Positions 1 through 9,677 are shown, numbered from the stretch's first letter. The stretch: 64,000 nucleotides of DNA from an uncultured Candidatus Berkelbacteria bacterium (GCA_963698075.1 OY969116.1:670131-734130), one strand, 5' to 3'. The notes: generated by a model from the sequence alone, not told the origin. Translations and numbers: made by a program.

Positions 1-506
1 CAAAATCAAAAGTTGACGAAGAGCAGGATCTGAATTTTGAAAAAGATAAAGCGAAGTACTGTCTGTCCGAGAAAAATGGTCAAGAATACATTGATTACAA
101 ACCAAAAGTTGAACAAATGAAGCAATTAGTTGACGAATGGAAATATAAAGAAAAACACAAAGAAATTTATGATAAAGTCAAAAATATGAAGAAACTGACG
201 GTTGCCGAACTTTCTGAAATATTAAGCAAAACTCTCGAAAAAGAAAATTACAAAGGGCTGATGATATCTAATCCAGAAATAGGCCGAGATTTAATTGTCA
301 GTTTTAATATTCAAGACGCCAAAATAGGCCGGGTGGAGTACGATAGCAAAAAATATCTTAAAAAATCCATAGAAACCACTCTCGAAAATACCAACTGGCG
401 GTTAATGAGTGATGGTCTTGATTACCGTCTCGGAATTCTAACGGGAAGATTGAGAGGTTATGAATTAGAAGAAGACCTGTTAAAAATTGTCTCAAAGCCT
501 AATTGA
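1..506 (+). CDS. Hypothetical protein, 5'-partial (frame is open from the window edge)
   Basis: Frame 3 is open from position 3 (KSKVDEEQDL...) through the listed Met at 117 to TGA at 506; no family recognised. Confidence 0.75.
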   Translation, partial: KSKVDEEQDLNFEKDKAKYCLSEKNGQEYIDYKPKVEQMKQLVDEWKYKEKHKEIYDKVKNMKKLTVAELSEILSKTLEKENYKGLMISNPEIGRDLIVSFNIQDAKIGRVEYDSKKYLKKSIETTLENTNWRLMSDGLDYRLGILTGRLRGYELEEDLLKIVSKPN

Positions 507-633
507 GCCGCAAAATAGAAGAAAAGTCAAATTTAGACCAAAATGTGACACGCCTTTTTTATAGTGTAACATTTGTAACATTTTCCCCTAAATCGTTGAA
601 AATAGCCCTAAAATCAGATATGCTACTATAAGA

Positions 634-686
634 GGGACGAAACGTGTTAAAAGAGCTAAAAGGTTCAAGACCCCAGCGTCCCGCCA
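634..686 (+). other. tRNA-like remnant (acceptor stem plus T-loop only), possible att-site relic
   Basis: GGGACG (634-639) pairs with CGTCCC followed by GCCA (to 686); GGTTCAAGACC T-loop-like motif; no D or anticodon arm. Confidence 0.3.
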
Positions 687-736
687 GTTGAGAACTCAAA
701 TATTTATGGAGGAAAAATTGGATAAAAGCGAGCAAA

Positions 737-1339
737 GTGATAGTGAGCTTTTCTCCCGAAGTACTTGGTAGAATTTATTCTGAACAACTCAATGCAATAA
801 TGACCGAGGATGACCCATCTAAATTATCGCCAGTCTTAGAACCAAAGCATGAAGAGGAGGGTGGGTTACTACCCCTAAACCAGCTTATTCATCGTTCGTC
901 GGTTGAATATTATCGAAAAATAATCCAAGAACACGAACATTTGGATGTGTTTGCTCAAGTATTTTTTATCGCCCAGCTTATTGCCGCTACAAGAGAAGAA
1001 GAGATAGAAGAATTAGAGCCATTTGTTGGAGATTTTACCGAAAAAAGAATTGCTGAAATGGCTGCTAATGCAAGAAATGCAATAGATGATTTAGTTTATG
1101 ATGCAAAATTAGAGGTTGAACTCGAAGAAAAAACTGGAGAAAAGTCCGAACCTTTACCCGCTTCTCCGCGGGCGCTAACCCCGGCAGAATTTGATATGTG
1201 GGTTTTGAGCGAGATTGAAGATTATAAGCGAGCGAAAAGAGAAAGAGAGAGCGCCCTTTTCCACGCGGAAAGAGTGGAGGGATTTTTATCAGAAGATCAG
1301 CAAGAAAAATTACTTGAAGAAATTGAATCTATGGGTTGA
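737..1339 (+). CDS. Acidic hypothetical protein
   Basis: 200-aa Glu-rich, probably helical ORF; start uncertain. Confidence 0.7.
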   Translation: MIVSFSPEVLGRIYSEQLNAIMTEDDPSKLSPVLEPKHEEEGGLLPLNQLIHRSSVEYYRKIIQEHEHLDVFAQVFFIAQLIAATREEEIEELEPFVGDFTEKRIAEMAANARNAIDDLVYDAKLEVELEEKTGEKSEPLPASPRALTPAEFDMWVLSEIEDYKRAKRERESALFHAERVEGFLSEDQQEKLLEEIESMG

Positions 1340-1412
1340 GCAAAACCAGCTTTAAGTGTTATCATCAAATTAGTCCAACTAATCACTAACCCTAAAAACT
1401 AACAACTATCAA

Positions 1413-2933
1413 ATGGCTGATGTTGATTTACAACTCCAACGCATGGCGCGCGAGGATGAGGAACGCCATGCCAAAGAAGAGGCCAAGAAATTAGGCCTTC
1501 CTTATATTAATTTGGTGGGCTATCCTTTTGCGCCGGATGTGATGGCTTTAGTGCCCGATGACATGGCTAATCAATATGGAATTGTTGCCTATCTTAGGGC
1601 CGACGATCTTATCCGCCTGGCCACCCACGAGCCGCAAAATCCGGAACTGAAAAACATTATTACCAAACTTCAAGCCGCCAACAAGGCCAGAATTGAAATT
1701 TCTTTTTGCTCGGAAACTTCCATCCGTTACGCCCTTGATTCTTATCGGCTTCTTTTACCCAAAACCAAGGAAGCCAAAGTTGAAGTCACCAAAGAAAAAG
1801 CAGCCAGTTTCGAAAAAGAAATTGAAACTCTCGAAGGGCTCAAAGAAAAAATTTCTCAAGTTTCCACCACCGAACTTTTGGACGTTCTTTTCGCCGGAGC
1901 AATTAAGCTTGATGCCTCGGATATCCATATTGAGCCCGGGGAACAAAATTTTCGAATTAGGTATCGCATCGATGGTGTTTTGGAAGAGATCGCTGAACTA
2001 CCAATGAGCGCCTTCCATAATCTTTTGAGCCGTGTCAAATATTTGGCCAAACTCAAATTGGATATCACTCATCCCCAAGACGGCCGTTTTGAAGTAAAAG
2101 TGTTAGCAACTGACGTTGATATTCGCGTTGCTACTTTACCGACTTCTTACGGCGAGGCGGTCGGGATGCGGCTTTTGCCCAAAAATAAAAAATTTTTAAA
2201 GCTGGAAAATTTGGGTTTTCCCGAAGATGTTTTAAAAATGATCCGCGAGGCAATCACTAAAACCCAAGGGATGATTATTAACACCGGACCAACTGGCTCT
2301 GGGAAAACCACGACATTATATGCCATCCTGCAGGAATTAAACCAACCCGGTAAAAAAATTATCACCCTGGAAGATCCGATTGAATATCGCGTCCAAGGCA
2401 TTGAGCAAATTCAAATTGATACTGAGAACAAAACTGGATTTTTGGATGCCCTTAAAGGTTCTTTGCGTCAAGACCCCGATATTTTGATGATTGGTGAGAT
2501 TCGCGATCAAGAAACTGCCCGCATCGCCCTGCAGGCAGCAATGACCGGCCATTTGGTTTTAACAACTTTACACACCAACAATGCCCCAGCCGCCCTGGCG
2601 CGCCTAGTAGATATTGGCGTCGAGCCATATTTACTCGCCGGCTCAATTAATTTAATTATTGGTCAAAGATTAGTAAGAACTATTTGTAAAAAGTGCTTTG
2701 GTAAAGGTTGTGAAGTCTGCCGGAAAACCGGTTTTCGCGGCCGAATCGCAATTGTCGAAGCCATTGTTCCCGGTGCGGAAATTGAAAACTTGATTCGCCA
2801 AAAAGCGGCACTGAGAACTTTTGAAGAAACTGCCCATAAATTAGGGATGCGAACCATGTATGAAGATGGGATGGATAAAGTTTCGAAAGGCCTAACGACT
2901 AAAGAAGAAGTAGAAAGAATCACCAAAGAGTAA
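1413..2933 (+). CDS. pilB: Type IV pilus / T2SS assembly ATPase (PilB/GspE family)
   Basis: Walker A GPTGSGKTT, LEDPIEY, LRQDPD..IGEIRD, TGHLVLTTLH, CxxC...CxxC Zn motif, N-terminal GspE-N domain. Confidence 0.95.
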   Translation: MADVDLQLQRMAREDEERHAKEEAKKLGLPYINLVGYPFAPDVMALVPDDMANQYGIVAYLRADDLIRLATHEPQNPELKNIITKLQAANKARIEISFCSETSIRYALDSYRLLLPKTKEAKVEVTKEKAASFEKEIETLEGLKEKISQVSTTELLDVLFAGAIKLDASDIHIEPGEQNFRIRYRIDGVLEEIAELPMSAFHNLLSRVKYLAKLKLDITHPQDGRFEVKVLATDVDIRVATLPTSYGEAVGMRLLPKNKKFLKLENLGFPEDVLKMIREAITKTQGMIINTGPTGSGKTTTLYAILQELNQPGKKIITLEDPIEYRVQGIEQIQIDTENKTGFLDALKGSLRQDPDILMIGEIRDQETARIALQAAMTGHLVLTTLHTNNAPAALARLVDIGVEPYLLAGSINLIIGQRLVRTICKKCFGKGCEVCRKTGFRGRIAIVEAIVPGAEIENLIRQKAALRTFEETAHKLGMRTMYEDGMDKVSKGLTTKEEVERITKE

Positions 2934-3032
2934 AATTCAAATATCAAGCACCAACATCCATTCAAATCTGAAATCTCAAATTTTGAAAATTGAAATTTAG
3001 AGTTTGAATGGTTATTGGGATTTAATAATTGG
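2933..3032. repeat. AT-rich imperfect long hairpin with ~7-nt periodicity
   Basis: ccattcaaa (2958-2966) / tttgaatgg (3003-3011) around a central tcaaa-t-tttga. Confidence 0.6.
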
Positions 3033-3063
3033 CAGTTTTCAGCATAATTCGTTCTCTATCCCC

Positions 3064-3092
3064 TTGATTTTTGGGCCATTTTATGGTATAAT
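3064..3092 (+). promoter_or_regulatory. Sigma70-type promoter of the M48 gene
   Basis: TTGATT-N17-TATAAT with extended -10 TG; SD AAGGAGG before ATG 3176. Confidence 0.75.
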
Positions 3093-3175
3093 CATATGTT
3101 AGTATAGAAGTACCTGAACAACTTCTCCTGTTGGATAACAGGTTTGGGATAACACTACGGATAAGGAGGCGCACC

Positions 3176-4666
3176 ATGTTGCGTCTGAAAGGGATGGTCG
3201 TTGTGCTGGTCGTTCTGGCGGCGATGCTTTCTCAGGTTGCCACCAGGGCCGATGAGGCCACAACCCAGAAGGTGGTCGCTGGTCTGATGGTGCTCAATGC
3301 CCTTCGGGGCACGAGCGATTCTGAACTGCTCCAGATAGGCCGCCAGCTCGATGAAGGGCTGGTACGCCAATACGGCACAACCACCAACGGGCTCGCAAGG
3401 GCCCAGAGAGTGGTCGCCAGATTGGAGCCTCACACAGCCAAGCGGCCAGAGGTCAAGGTTCTGAATTCTGCCGAGGTCAATGCCATGGCTGTTCCTGGCC
3501 ATGTCTATGTCACCTCGGCGCTCTTGTCCCAGGCCAACGACGATCAGTTCGCCGGCGTGATGGGGCATGAACTGTCTCACATCGAAGCCGGCCACTGCCG
3601 CCGGGCGATCAACCGGGCACGCATTGCTCAGGGTGTTGGTGGGGTACTGTATTTGGCCAACGCCAACCAGTCCATCGCCACCGGCGTCTCGCTTCTCGCC
3701 CTCGCCACGATTTTCGACTACAGCCGGGGCGAGGAATACGAGGCCGACAAGCTCGGAGCCGAACGCGCCAGCCAAGCCGGCTACAGTCATGACGGCTTGG
3801 CTTCGTTCCTCGAGCGCAGTGAAGGCAACAGCGACCGGGCCAACCAGTTGCTGTCATCGCACCCCCGCACCGACCGCCGCGTCACCGCCTTACGAGAGGG
3901 CAACGCCGGCTCGGTTCGGGCGACATCGGCCGGCACGGTTCGGGGCTCGGTGGTGGAGAAGTTTTCCGTCAGCTTCACCGGCATGAACAGCGAGCAGTTC
4001 AGCCAGGGCTTCCTGCTGTTGGCTGACCATGAAGGCCAGCCGGTAGATGTGCTGGACTCGGGAGGGGATTATCCGATCCAGCTTAACGGCGATCAGCGCG
4101 ACCTGCCGCTCGGGGTCAATGTCTCGACCAGCGGCCGCGACGGCTATGTCAATACTGGCGTGACCGATCGGATGACGTGGGTGTTGGTGGCTGATATCTA
4201 CCAAGGCAATCGCCGTCTGACGCCCGAATCGGCTAGCGCTTCCGGCTGGCGTGGGTATCTCCATGCCGGCAAGTTCACGTCGCATGGGGCTGTTACCCTC
4301 GATTTCTACAACTCCTACCTGGGCGAGTCTCTCCAGGGTCAGGCCGTCAGGGGGTTGGTGCCGATCGTGCTCCACCGACTGCAAGAGCAGGAACGCCTGA
4401 GGGTCGCCAATCAGCCGCGGGAAGCGACAGGCGATGGATCCGTCGAGCCCGCTGCCACATACCGCTATATTCTGATGCTGAATCGGGAAGTCCCAGTGGC
4501 GCTTTCCCGGTCGCTCAGCAACGACTCGCCAATCGGCATCTATCGAGGGAGCCATCAGATCGGCTCCCTCAAGGTTGACTGGTTTAACAATGACCACACC
4601 AAGGTGTGGGTCTCCGGGGACACAGGTGTCGCTCAACAGAAAGGCGTCACCTTCAAGTCCCTATGA
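3176..4666 (+). CDS. Secreted/membrane M48 family Zn metallopeptidase with unknown C-terminal domains (GC-rich gene)
   Basis: Signal peptide, VNAMAVPG, HELSH (HExxH), EYEAD, SHP motifs; ATG 3176 preferred because of SD. Confidence 0.9.
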   Translation: MLRLKGMVVVLVVLAAMLSQVATRADEATTQKVVAGLMVLNALRGTSDSELLQIGRQLDEGLVRQYGTTTNGLARAQRVVARLEPHTAKRPEVKVLNSAEVNAMAVPGHVYVTSALLSQANDDQFAGVMGHELSHIEAGHCRRAINRARIAQGVGGVLYLANANQSIATGVSLLALATIFDYSRGEEYEADKLGAERASQAGYSHDGLASFLERSEGNSDRANQLLSSHPRTDRRVTALREGNAGSVRATSAGTVRGSVVEKFSVSFTGMNSEQFSQGFLLLADHEGQPVDVLDSGGDYPIQLNGDQRDLPLGVNVSTSGRDGYVNTGVTDRMTWVLVADIYQGNRRLTPESASASGWRGYLHAGKFTSHGAVTLDFYNSYLGESLQGQAVRGLVPIVLHRLQEQERLRVANQPREATGDGSVEPAATYRYILMLNREVPVALSRSLSNDSPIGIYRGSHQIGSLKVDWFNNDHTKVWVSGDTGVAQQKGVTFKSL

Positions 4667-4686
4667 GAAGAACGATCCGACGCACC

Positions 4687-4718
4687 AAGAAGGACGCGCA
4701 CCCGCGCGTCCTTCTTTC
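4687..4718 (+). terminator. Intrinsic terminator, possibly bidirectional
   Basis: Perfect 13-bp stem aagaaggacgcgc-accc-gcgcgtccttctt between convergent genes. Confidence 0.85.
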
Positions 4719-4744
4719 GTATCTTTTAATTTTTGCCAAAAAGT

Positions 4745-5059
4745 TTAGGGTTGTCCGCCTGTAACAATAGAACTGACCCATCTAACAATGACGAAGGCAA
4801 GAGCAATGATAATAATGCCGATGATGGCATTTATGAGAGCCGTTCTTCCTTTGGTTGCCTTTTCCGCATCGCCGCCCGCGGTAATGTACAAAAGCCCACC
4901 ATAAATTAGGTAGATGACGGCAATGGCGCCGGCCAAAACCAAGACCCAGGTGACAACAAAATCAATTATTCCTCCTGAGCCAGTCAACCTTAGACCAATT
5001 GGGACCGGAGTGATTGTCGGCCAACTTAAGGCATAAGCTCTCTCAATTAAATTAAACAT
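4745..5059 (-). CDS. CPR-type pilin (TrbC/VirB2-like)
   Basis: LAGAIAVIYLIYGGLLYITAGGDAEKATKGRTALINAIIG two-helix motif. Confidence 0.85.
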   Translation of the reverse strand: MFNLIERAYALSWPTITPVPIGLRLTGSGGIIDFVVTWVLVLAGAIAVIYLIYGGLLYITAGGDAEKATKGRTALINAIIGIIIIALAFVIVRWVSSIVTGGQP

Positions 5060-5109
5060 TTGACCTCCTAATTAATTATAGCATATATTAATTTAAATTG
5101 TTTTTCAAA

Positions 5110-5895
5110 TCATTTGAGCAAGCCGAGAATCTCGTTCGATAAAACTCGGGCTAAAATAATAAAAACCAAACCAATGATTGCCCAGGTAATTGTTGTTTTG
5201 GCTTTGTTAGCTTTTTCTTCATTGCCGTAAGCGGTGAAATATTGAATACCAGCCCAGATTAAAAGAATAATGGCAATTCCGCCGGCCAAATCAGCGGCGA
5301 TGGTAATCAGGTTTTCGATCATACATTGGATGTTATCAAGAGTCCAAGTTGCGGGGTCGGTATCTGGTAAGATTGTTAGCGAAGGTTTACATTTAGTCCC
5401 ACTAGTCCCACCGCCTCCTGTAGTGCCGCCAGTCCCGGCACCGCCGCCGCCGCCTCCTCCTCCTGGACCAGCTGAGAGAGTGTAAGTGTAGGGCTGGCTT
5501 GAAAGCAGAACACTCCTTTGCCCATCAACAATTTTTCCCAGCACTAAAACAACAATATTATACGAACCGGCTTGACTGCCGGCGCTTCCAGTGTCCCAAA
5601 CATAGGTATAGGTTGAACTTGTCCCGCCGCTATAAGGATTAAAGCTTTGTTTAAGATATGGCTCAAGCTCCCCGGGTTTTTGAGAATTCATTTGGGTCAT
5701 ATAAAGATTTGTCATCTCGGCGCCCGAAGGTGTGTCAGTGACTTGAATTGTCAAAGTGACTTTATCGCCAACTTTGGCGGTGGCAGGATCAAAAGTAACA
5801 TTGATGGCTGGAGCGGCTTTAATTGATAACGGTAAGAGTAAAATTGATGTCAAAAAACCAAGTAAAAAAATTCCGCTGATATATTTTTTCATCAC
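5110..5895 (-). CDS. Pilin-domain protein with N-terminal Ig-like domain and Gly-rich linker
   Basis: Signal peptide, beta-rich domain, poly-Gly linker, C-terminal AGIQYFTAYGNEEKANKAK pilin motif. Confidence 0.85.
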   Translation of the reverse strand: MMKKYISGIFLLGFLTSILLLPLSIKAAPAINVTFDPATAKVGDKVTLTIQVTDTPSGAEMTNLYMTQMNSQKPGELEPYLKQSFNPYSGGTSSTYTYVWDTGSAGSQAGSYNIVVLVLGKIVDGQRSVLLSSQPYTYTLSAGPGGGGGGGGAGTGGTTGGGGTSGTKCKPSLTILPDTDPATWTLDNIQCMIENLITIAADLAGGIAIILLIWAGIQYFTAYGNEEKANKAKTTITWAIIGLVFIILARVLSNEILGLLK

Positions 5896-6680
5896 CTTCC
5901 TTGTAAAACATTAACAACAGTATTAACAATCACTAAAGCCAAGGCAATCACCACCACGCCAATAATGGCCCAAATGAGGTTTTTCTTGGCATTCTCCGCC
6001 TTGGTCGGATCGCCGCCAGCAGTAATGTACATCAGTCCTGAATAGATAATGGCAATCACCGCCAAAGCGCCGGCTAAGGCCAAGAGCCAATCAATAATGG
6101 CGACAATTAAGTCACGAATGCTTCCAATTTTTGTTGGCGGGAAAATAATGGTGCCAATATCACCGAAACTGGCCTTGGCTGATGAGGAACCGGGTGTTGG
6201 GGTTACTGTTTTTCCCCCCGAGGGTGTGGCAGTTGGCGTCCCACCAGAAGACGGAGATGGGCTGGGGGAGGTACTGGCCGCCAAGCTGTAGATGGCTGTT
6301 TGACTAAGGACGACAACATTATTTTCGTCAACCACAAAAACATTGATGTAATGCGAACCGGGGTTGCTTTCGGCGGCGGCGGCGGTGTCCCAAAGATACC
6401 AGTAATTTGGCGAGCCGCTGACCGGCCAGCTAGTTTTCAAATGGGGTGTGGCGTCCTGGAGCTTATTGGGATCAACGACGGTATCAGAAATATAAAGCAA
6501 AATTTTTTTAGCCGTGGCTGGTAGGTCAGAAACAAAAACATCAACATTGACCTTGTCGCCGACTTGAGCATTAATCGGAGTAACCTCAATTTGGACGCCG
6601 GCCAAGGCGGTCTTTGCGCCCACCAAAGCAATAAAAAGAAATAAGATAAAATAAAGAATTTTTTTCATGTATATTTCCAC
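5892..6680 (-). CDS. Pilin-domain protein with N-terminal Ig-like domain and Ser/Pro/Thr linker
   Basis: Paralog of the neighbour (VGDKV, WDT motifs); C-terminal YITAGGDPTKAENAKK; start 6680 or 6668. Confidence 0.85.
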   Translation of the reverse strand: MEIYMKKILYFILFLFIALVGAKTALAGVQIEVTPINAQVGDKVNVDVFVSDLPATAKKILLYISDTVVDPNKLQDATPHLKTSWPVSGSPNYWYLWDTAAAAESNPGSHYINVFVVDENNVVVLSQTAIYSLAASTSPSPSPSSGGTPTATPSGGKTVTPTPGSSSAKASFGDIGTIIFPPTKIGSIRDLIVAIIDWLLALAGALAVIAIIYSGLMYITAGGDPTKAENAKKNLIWAIIGVVVIALALVIVNTVVNVLQGR

Positions 6681-7042
6681 TTAATCCCGACAGTTTTAAC
6701 CAAAATTACCTCGATTAAAATAAGCAAGACAATGCCGGTGATGACGCCAATAATAATATCTTTGGCTTGAGTAATGCCCTCGGGATTACCTTGGGAGGTG
6801 ACATAAACATAGCCGGCGTAAATAAACATCAAGGCCGCCAATGAGCCGACAATTGTTACCAGCCAAGTTAAAATTTTCGACATATACTGACCAAAGTTTG
6901 TCTGACCAAATTCGGTGACCACTGCCACCTGCCGAGGAGTAATCGAATTGTTTAAGGCCGAAGTTTTAATCGGCGCGGCCAAGGAAAAGAAAACCGTCAA
7001 CCAGATTGCAACGACAAAAAATATTTTTAAAAATTTAATCAT
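6665..7042 (-). CDS. CPR-type pilin (TrbC/VirB2-like)
   Basis: AGYVYVTSQGNPEGITQAKDII motif after a signal peptide. Confidence 0.85.
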   Translation of the reverse strand: MIKFLKIFFVVAIWLTVFFSLAAPIKTSALNNSITPRQVAVVTEFGQTNFGQYMSKILTWLVTIVGSLAALMFIYAGYVYVTSQGNPEGITQAKDIIIGVITGIVLLILIEVILVKTVGIKWKYT

Positions 7043-8367
7043 TTTGGCAAAGCTTTCAAAAGATTAGTTATTTGCGCCGCCGCCCCTTCTAAAACAGTCT
7101 GGGGATTTTCTCCGGAAATCACGGCGCTTGCGGCCTCTCGGAAGATTTGATCAACCTTTGTCGGTTCAGGATTATACCAACTGGAAGCATATTGATTTTG
7201 GACATCAATGAAAACATCTGAACCCTGGACTTTATCTTTGCGCGCTTGTGGTAGGCCAGTTTTGGAGATGTATTTCATTTGGATTTGGGGATCCAAGATG
7301 TAGCTAATTAGGGCCCAGGCCCTTTCGGCATTTTGACTACTTTTAGGAACGGTCAAAACTTGATAATTAGCGATATCTTGGGGATTTTCGGATTCTTTAA
7401 ATTGAGGCAAAGCTGCCACCTCGGCTGCGCGACCAGTATCTTTCTTAATGTCTTTGGCTCTCCTTGACCAATCAAGATACATGGCGATTTTGCCGCTGGT
7501 GAAGGCATTGTAATCGTTTTGACTCTCATCCCAAGTGTAGCGGGCATCATTTCTAGTCGCGAAGCTGGTATAAAAAGAAAGTCCTTTGGTGCCAGGATAG
7601 GCGACATCAGAAAATTTATTGGTAGAGGTCTGGAAAAGGGCGGCGGTTTTGTCGTCAGAGGTCATTTGGGCGCCGTACTGGAGCATTAAGGCGGTCAAAA
7701 TATCGCTGGCGCGCGTGACATTTTTGGCGCCGCCTATAGCGATGGCGCCTTGACCATAATATTTAATAAATTGGCTTAAATCTTCCCAAGTTTTAGGGGG
7801 ATTATTAAAAAGTTGTCTGACATCGGTGATGTCTTGCCCTTGGTGGGCCCGGGCGTAATCAGAGAGCTTGCTCGAGAAGAGTTCACTGTTATAAAAAAGT
7901 GAGAGACTGTCGGCAAAAAGGGGCAGGCAATAAACTTGATCAGAAATGATACAATCTTGGCCCGCGGCATCTAAAAAGGTTGCTTGGAAAATTTCCGCAT
8001 TGGTTTTTTTGCCCTTGGGATCAAGTTTCTTTGAGGCCAGCGTCGCTAATTTATCGTGGTGTTTTGCGAGCCAATTGTTGGGGATAATCCAAATGTCTGG
8101 GCCGGTGCCGGCGGCGATAGCGTTGATGGATTCTTCTTCGAACTTGGCCGGGTCTTTTTTAACAAATTTAATGTCGAGATCTTTGTTTTCAGCCAAGAAC
8201 TGGCTGAAAATATCGCTGAAATCTTCTTCGCTGTCAAAGGAGTCCCAGATGGTGACGGTCGAAGTAGTCGGACCCTTCGGTGTCCGGTTGCGGGTGGCTA
8301 AAAAAAGGACAAGAACAATAATCAAAAGTACCAGCAGTCCGCCCAAAATATAATATCTTTTGTCCAT
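7039..8367 (-). CDS. Extracellular solute-binding protein (sugar-binding family 1-like), N-terminally anchored
   Basis: N-terminal TM, AAGTGPDI, LPL..DSLSLFYN, PPKTWEDL, FTSGKIAM motifs. Confidence 0.85.
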   Translation of the reverse strand: MDKRYYILGGLLVLLIIVLVLFLATRNRTPKGPTTSTVTIWDSFDSEEDFSDIFSQFLAENKDLDIKFVKKDPAKFEEESINAIAAGTGPDIWIIPNNWLAKHHDKLATLASKKLDPKGKKTNAEIFQATFLDAAGQDCIISDQVYCLPLFADSLSLFYNSELFSSKLSDYARAHQGQDITDVRQLFNNPPKTWEDLSQFIKYYGQGAIAIGGAKNVTRASDILTALMLQYGAQMTSDDKTAALFQTSTNKFSDVAYPGTKGLSFYTSFATRNDARYTWDESQNDYNAFTSGKIAMYLDWSRRAKDIKKDTGRAAEVAALPQFKESENPQDIANYQVLTVPKSSQNAERAWALISYILDPQIQMKYISKTGLPQARKDKVQGSDVFIDVQNQYASSWYNPEPTKVDQIFREAASAVISGENPQTVLEGAAAQITNLLKALPK

Positions 8368-8381
8368 TCCCCTCCTTTAGT

Positions 8382-9251
8382 CTATTCTTTAACAACCTCT
8401 TTTAAATATTTTTTAAACTCCTCTTTTAGATCTTCTCTTTGAAGTCCAAATTCCACGTTGGCTTTAAGATACTCCAGCTTGTTGCCGGTGTCGTAATATT
8501 TTCCGTTTTCAATCTCCCGGGCGTAAATTTTGTGGTTTTTCTTTAAGACATTAATACCATCAACCAGCCAAATTTCTCCTCCCTTGCCGGCCCTGAGATT
8601 TTTCAAAGCCGCAAAAATATCTGGGGTTAAAATATAGGCTCCATGAGTTGCCAGGTTTGATGGAGCTTTGTCCGGTTCGGGTTTTTCGACAATTTCTTCA
8701 ATTTCAAAAATTTTATCTTCAACCGGCTTGACTTTAGCAATGCCATATTTATTTAAATAATCTTTGCGTACGCGGACTGCCGAAATAACGGGATCTTTGA
8801 ACTTATCAAAAACTTCAATCATTTGTTTAAGGCGCGGCGGTTCGGCATAGATAAATTCATCACCCCAAAGCACGGCGAAGGGCTCGTTACCAATAATCGG
8901 TTCGGCATTTAAAACCGGGGTGGCATTGCCGTAAGGTCCTTTCTGGCGGATATAAATAAAGTTAGCTAGTCTGGCAATCCTGCGGATTTCTTCCAATTGC
9001 TCTAATTTTCCGCACTTTTCTAAATAATTTTCTAATTCTAAAGTATGATCAAAATGATCTTCGATCGCCCGCTTGTTATAACCGGTGACAATGATAATAT
9101 CCTCAATCCCGGAGGCAATTGCTTCCTCAACGACATATTGAATCACCGGCTTATCGATGATCGGTAACATCTCTTTGGGCGAGGCTTTGGTCATCGGCAA
9201 AAACCGCGTGCCGTAGCCCGCCGCTGGGATAACTGCTTTGCGAATTTTCAT
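8382..9251 (-). CDS. galU: UTP--glucose-1-phosphate uridylyltransferase
   Basis: KAVIPAAGYGTRFLPMTKASPKEMLPI, VEKP, YDTG. Confidence 0.95.
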   Translation of the reverse strand: MKIRKAVIPAAGYGTRFLPMTKASPKEMLPIIDKPVIQYVVEEAIASGIEDIIIVTGYNKRAIEDHFDHTLELENYLEKCGKLEQLEEIRRIARLANFIYIRQKGPYGNATPVLNAEPIIGNEPFAVLWGDEFIYAEPPRLKQMIEVFDKFKDPVISAVRVRKDYLNKYGIAKVKPVEDKIFEIEEIVEKPEPDKAPSNLATHGAYILTPDIFAALKNLRAGKGGEIWLVDGINVLKKNHKIYAREIENGKYYDTGNKLEYLKANVEFGLQREDLKEEFKKYLKEVVKE

Positions 9252-9256
9252 AAAAA

Positions 9257-9646
9257 TTACCCTTCGGTTTTTACTTCAATCGTTTTGACTTTGGTTTTTT
9301 CCTGTTTGGGGATGGTAATCGTCAGAATTCCATTTTTGAGTGAGGCTTGAGCCTTGTCGCCAATCACCGGCACGGGCAGGACATACGCTCGGGAGAAACC
9401 TCCCCAATAACATTCTTGACAAAGATAATTTTCTCGTTTGACCTCTGATTCTTCTTTTCTTTCGCCTTTGATATTGACGACCTCATCAGTTATTGAGATT
9501 TCTAAATCCTCCGGTCTAACACCGGCAATGGGAGCTTTTAAAACAACATTATCATCATTTTGGTAAACATCAACCGCCAATTGCCCTTCGGTTTCTTCCA
9601 TCCAATCGGGATTATTCGGCGTACTAATTGATTGATCTTCAGCCAT
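9257..9646 (-). CDS. Hsp20/alpha-crystallin small heat-shock protein
   Basis: VDVYQ, IKGER, ECYWGGFSR, ASLKNGILTITIPK. Confidence 0.95.
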   Translation of the reverse strand: MAEDQSISTPNNPDWMEETEGQLAVDVYQNDDNVVLKAPIAGVRPEDLEISITDEVVNIKGERKEESEVKRENYLCQECYWGGFSRAYVLPVPVIGDKAQASLKNGILTITIPKQEKTKVKTIEVKTEG

Positions 9647-9677
9647 AAGACCTCCTTAAATTAGTTTTATCAATCTT

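Noticed and set aside
3155-4636. Long antisense and alternate-frame ORFs (211, 248, 139 aa) over the M48 gene
   Set aside because: Expected shadow ORFs of a GC-rich gene; no SD or motifs, while the plus frame has M48 motifs, promoter and terminator
5405-5470. ccg/cct triplet repeat
   Set aside because: Simply encodes the poly-Gly linker of the pilin-domain protein
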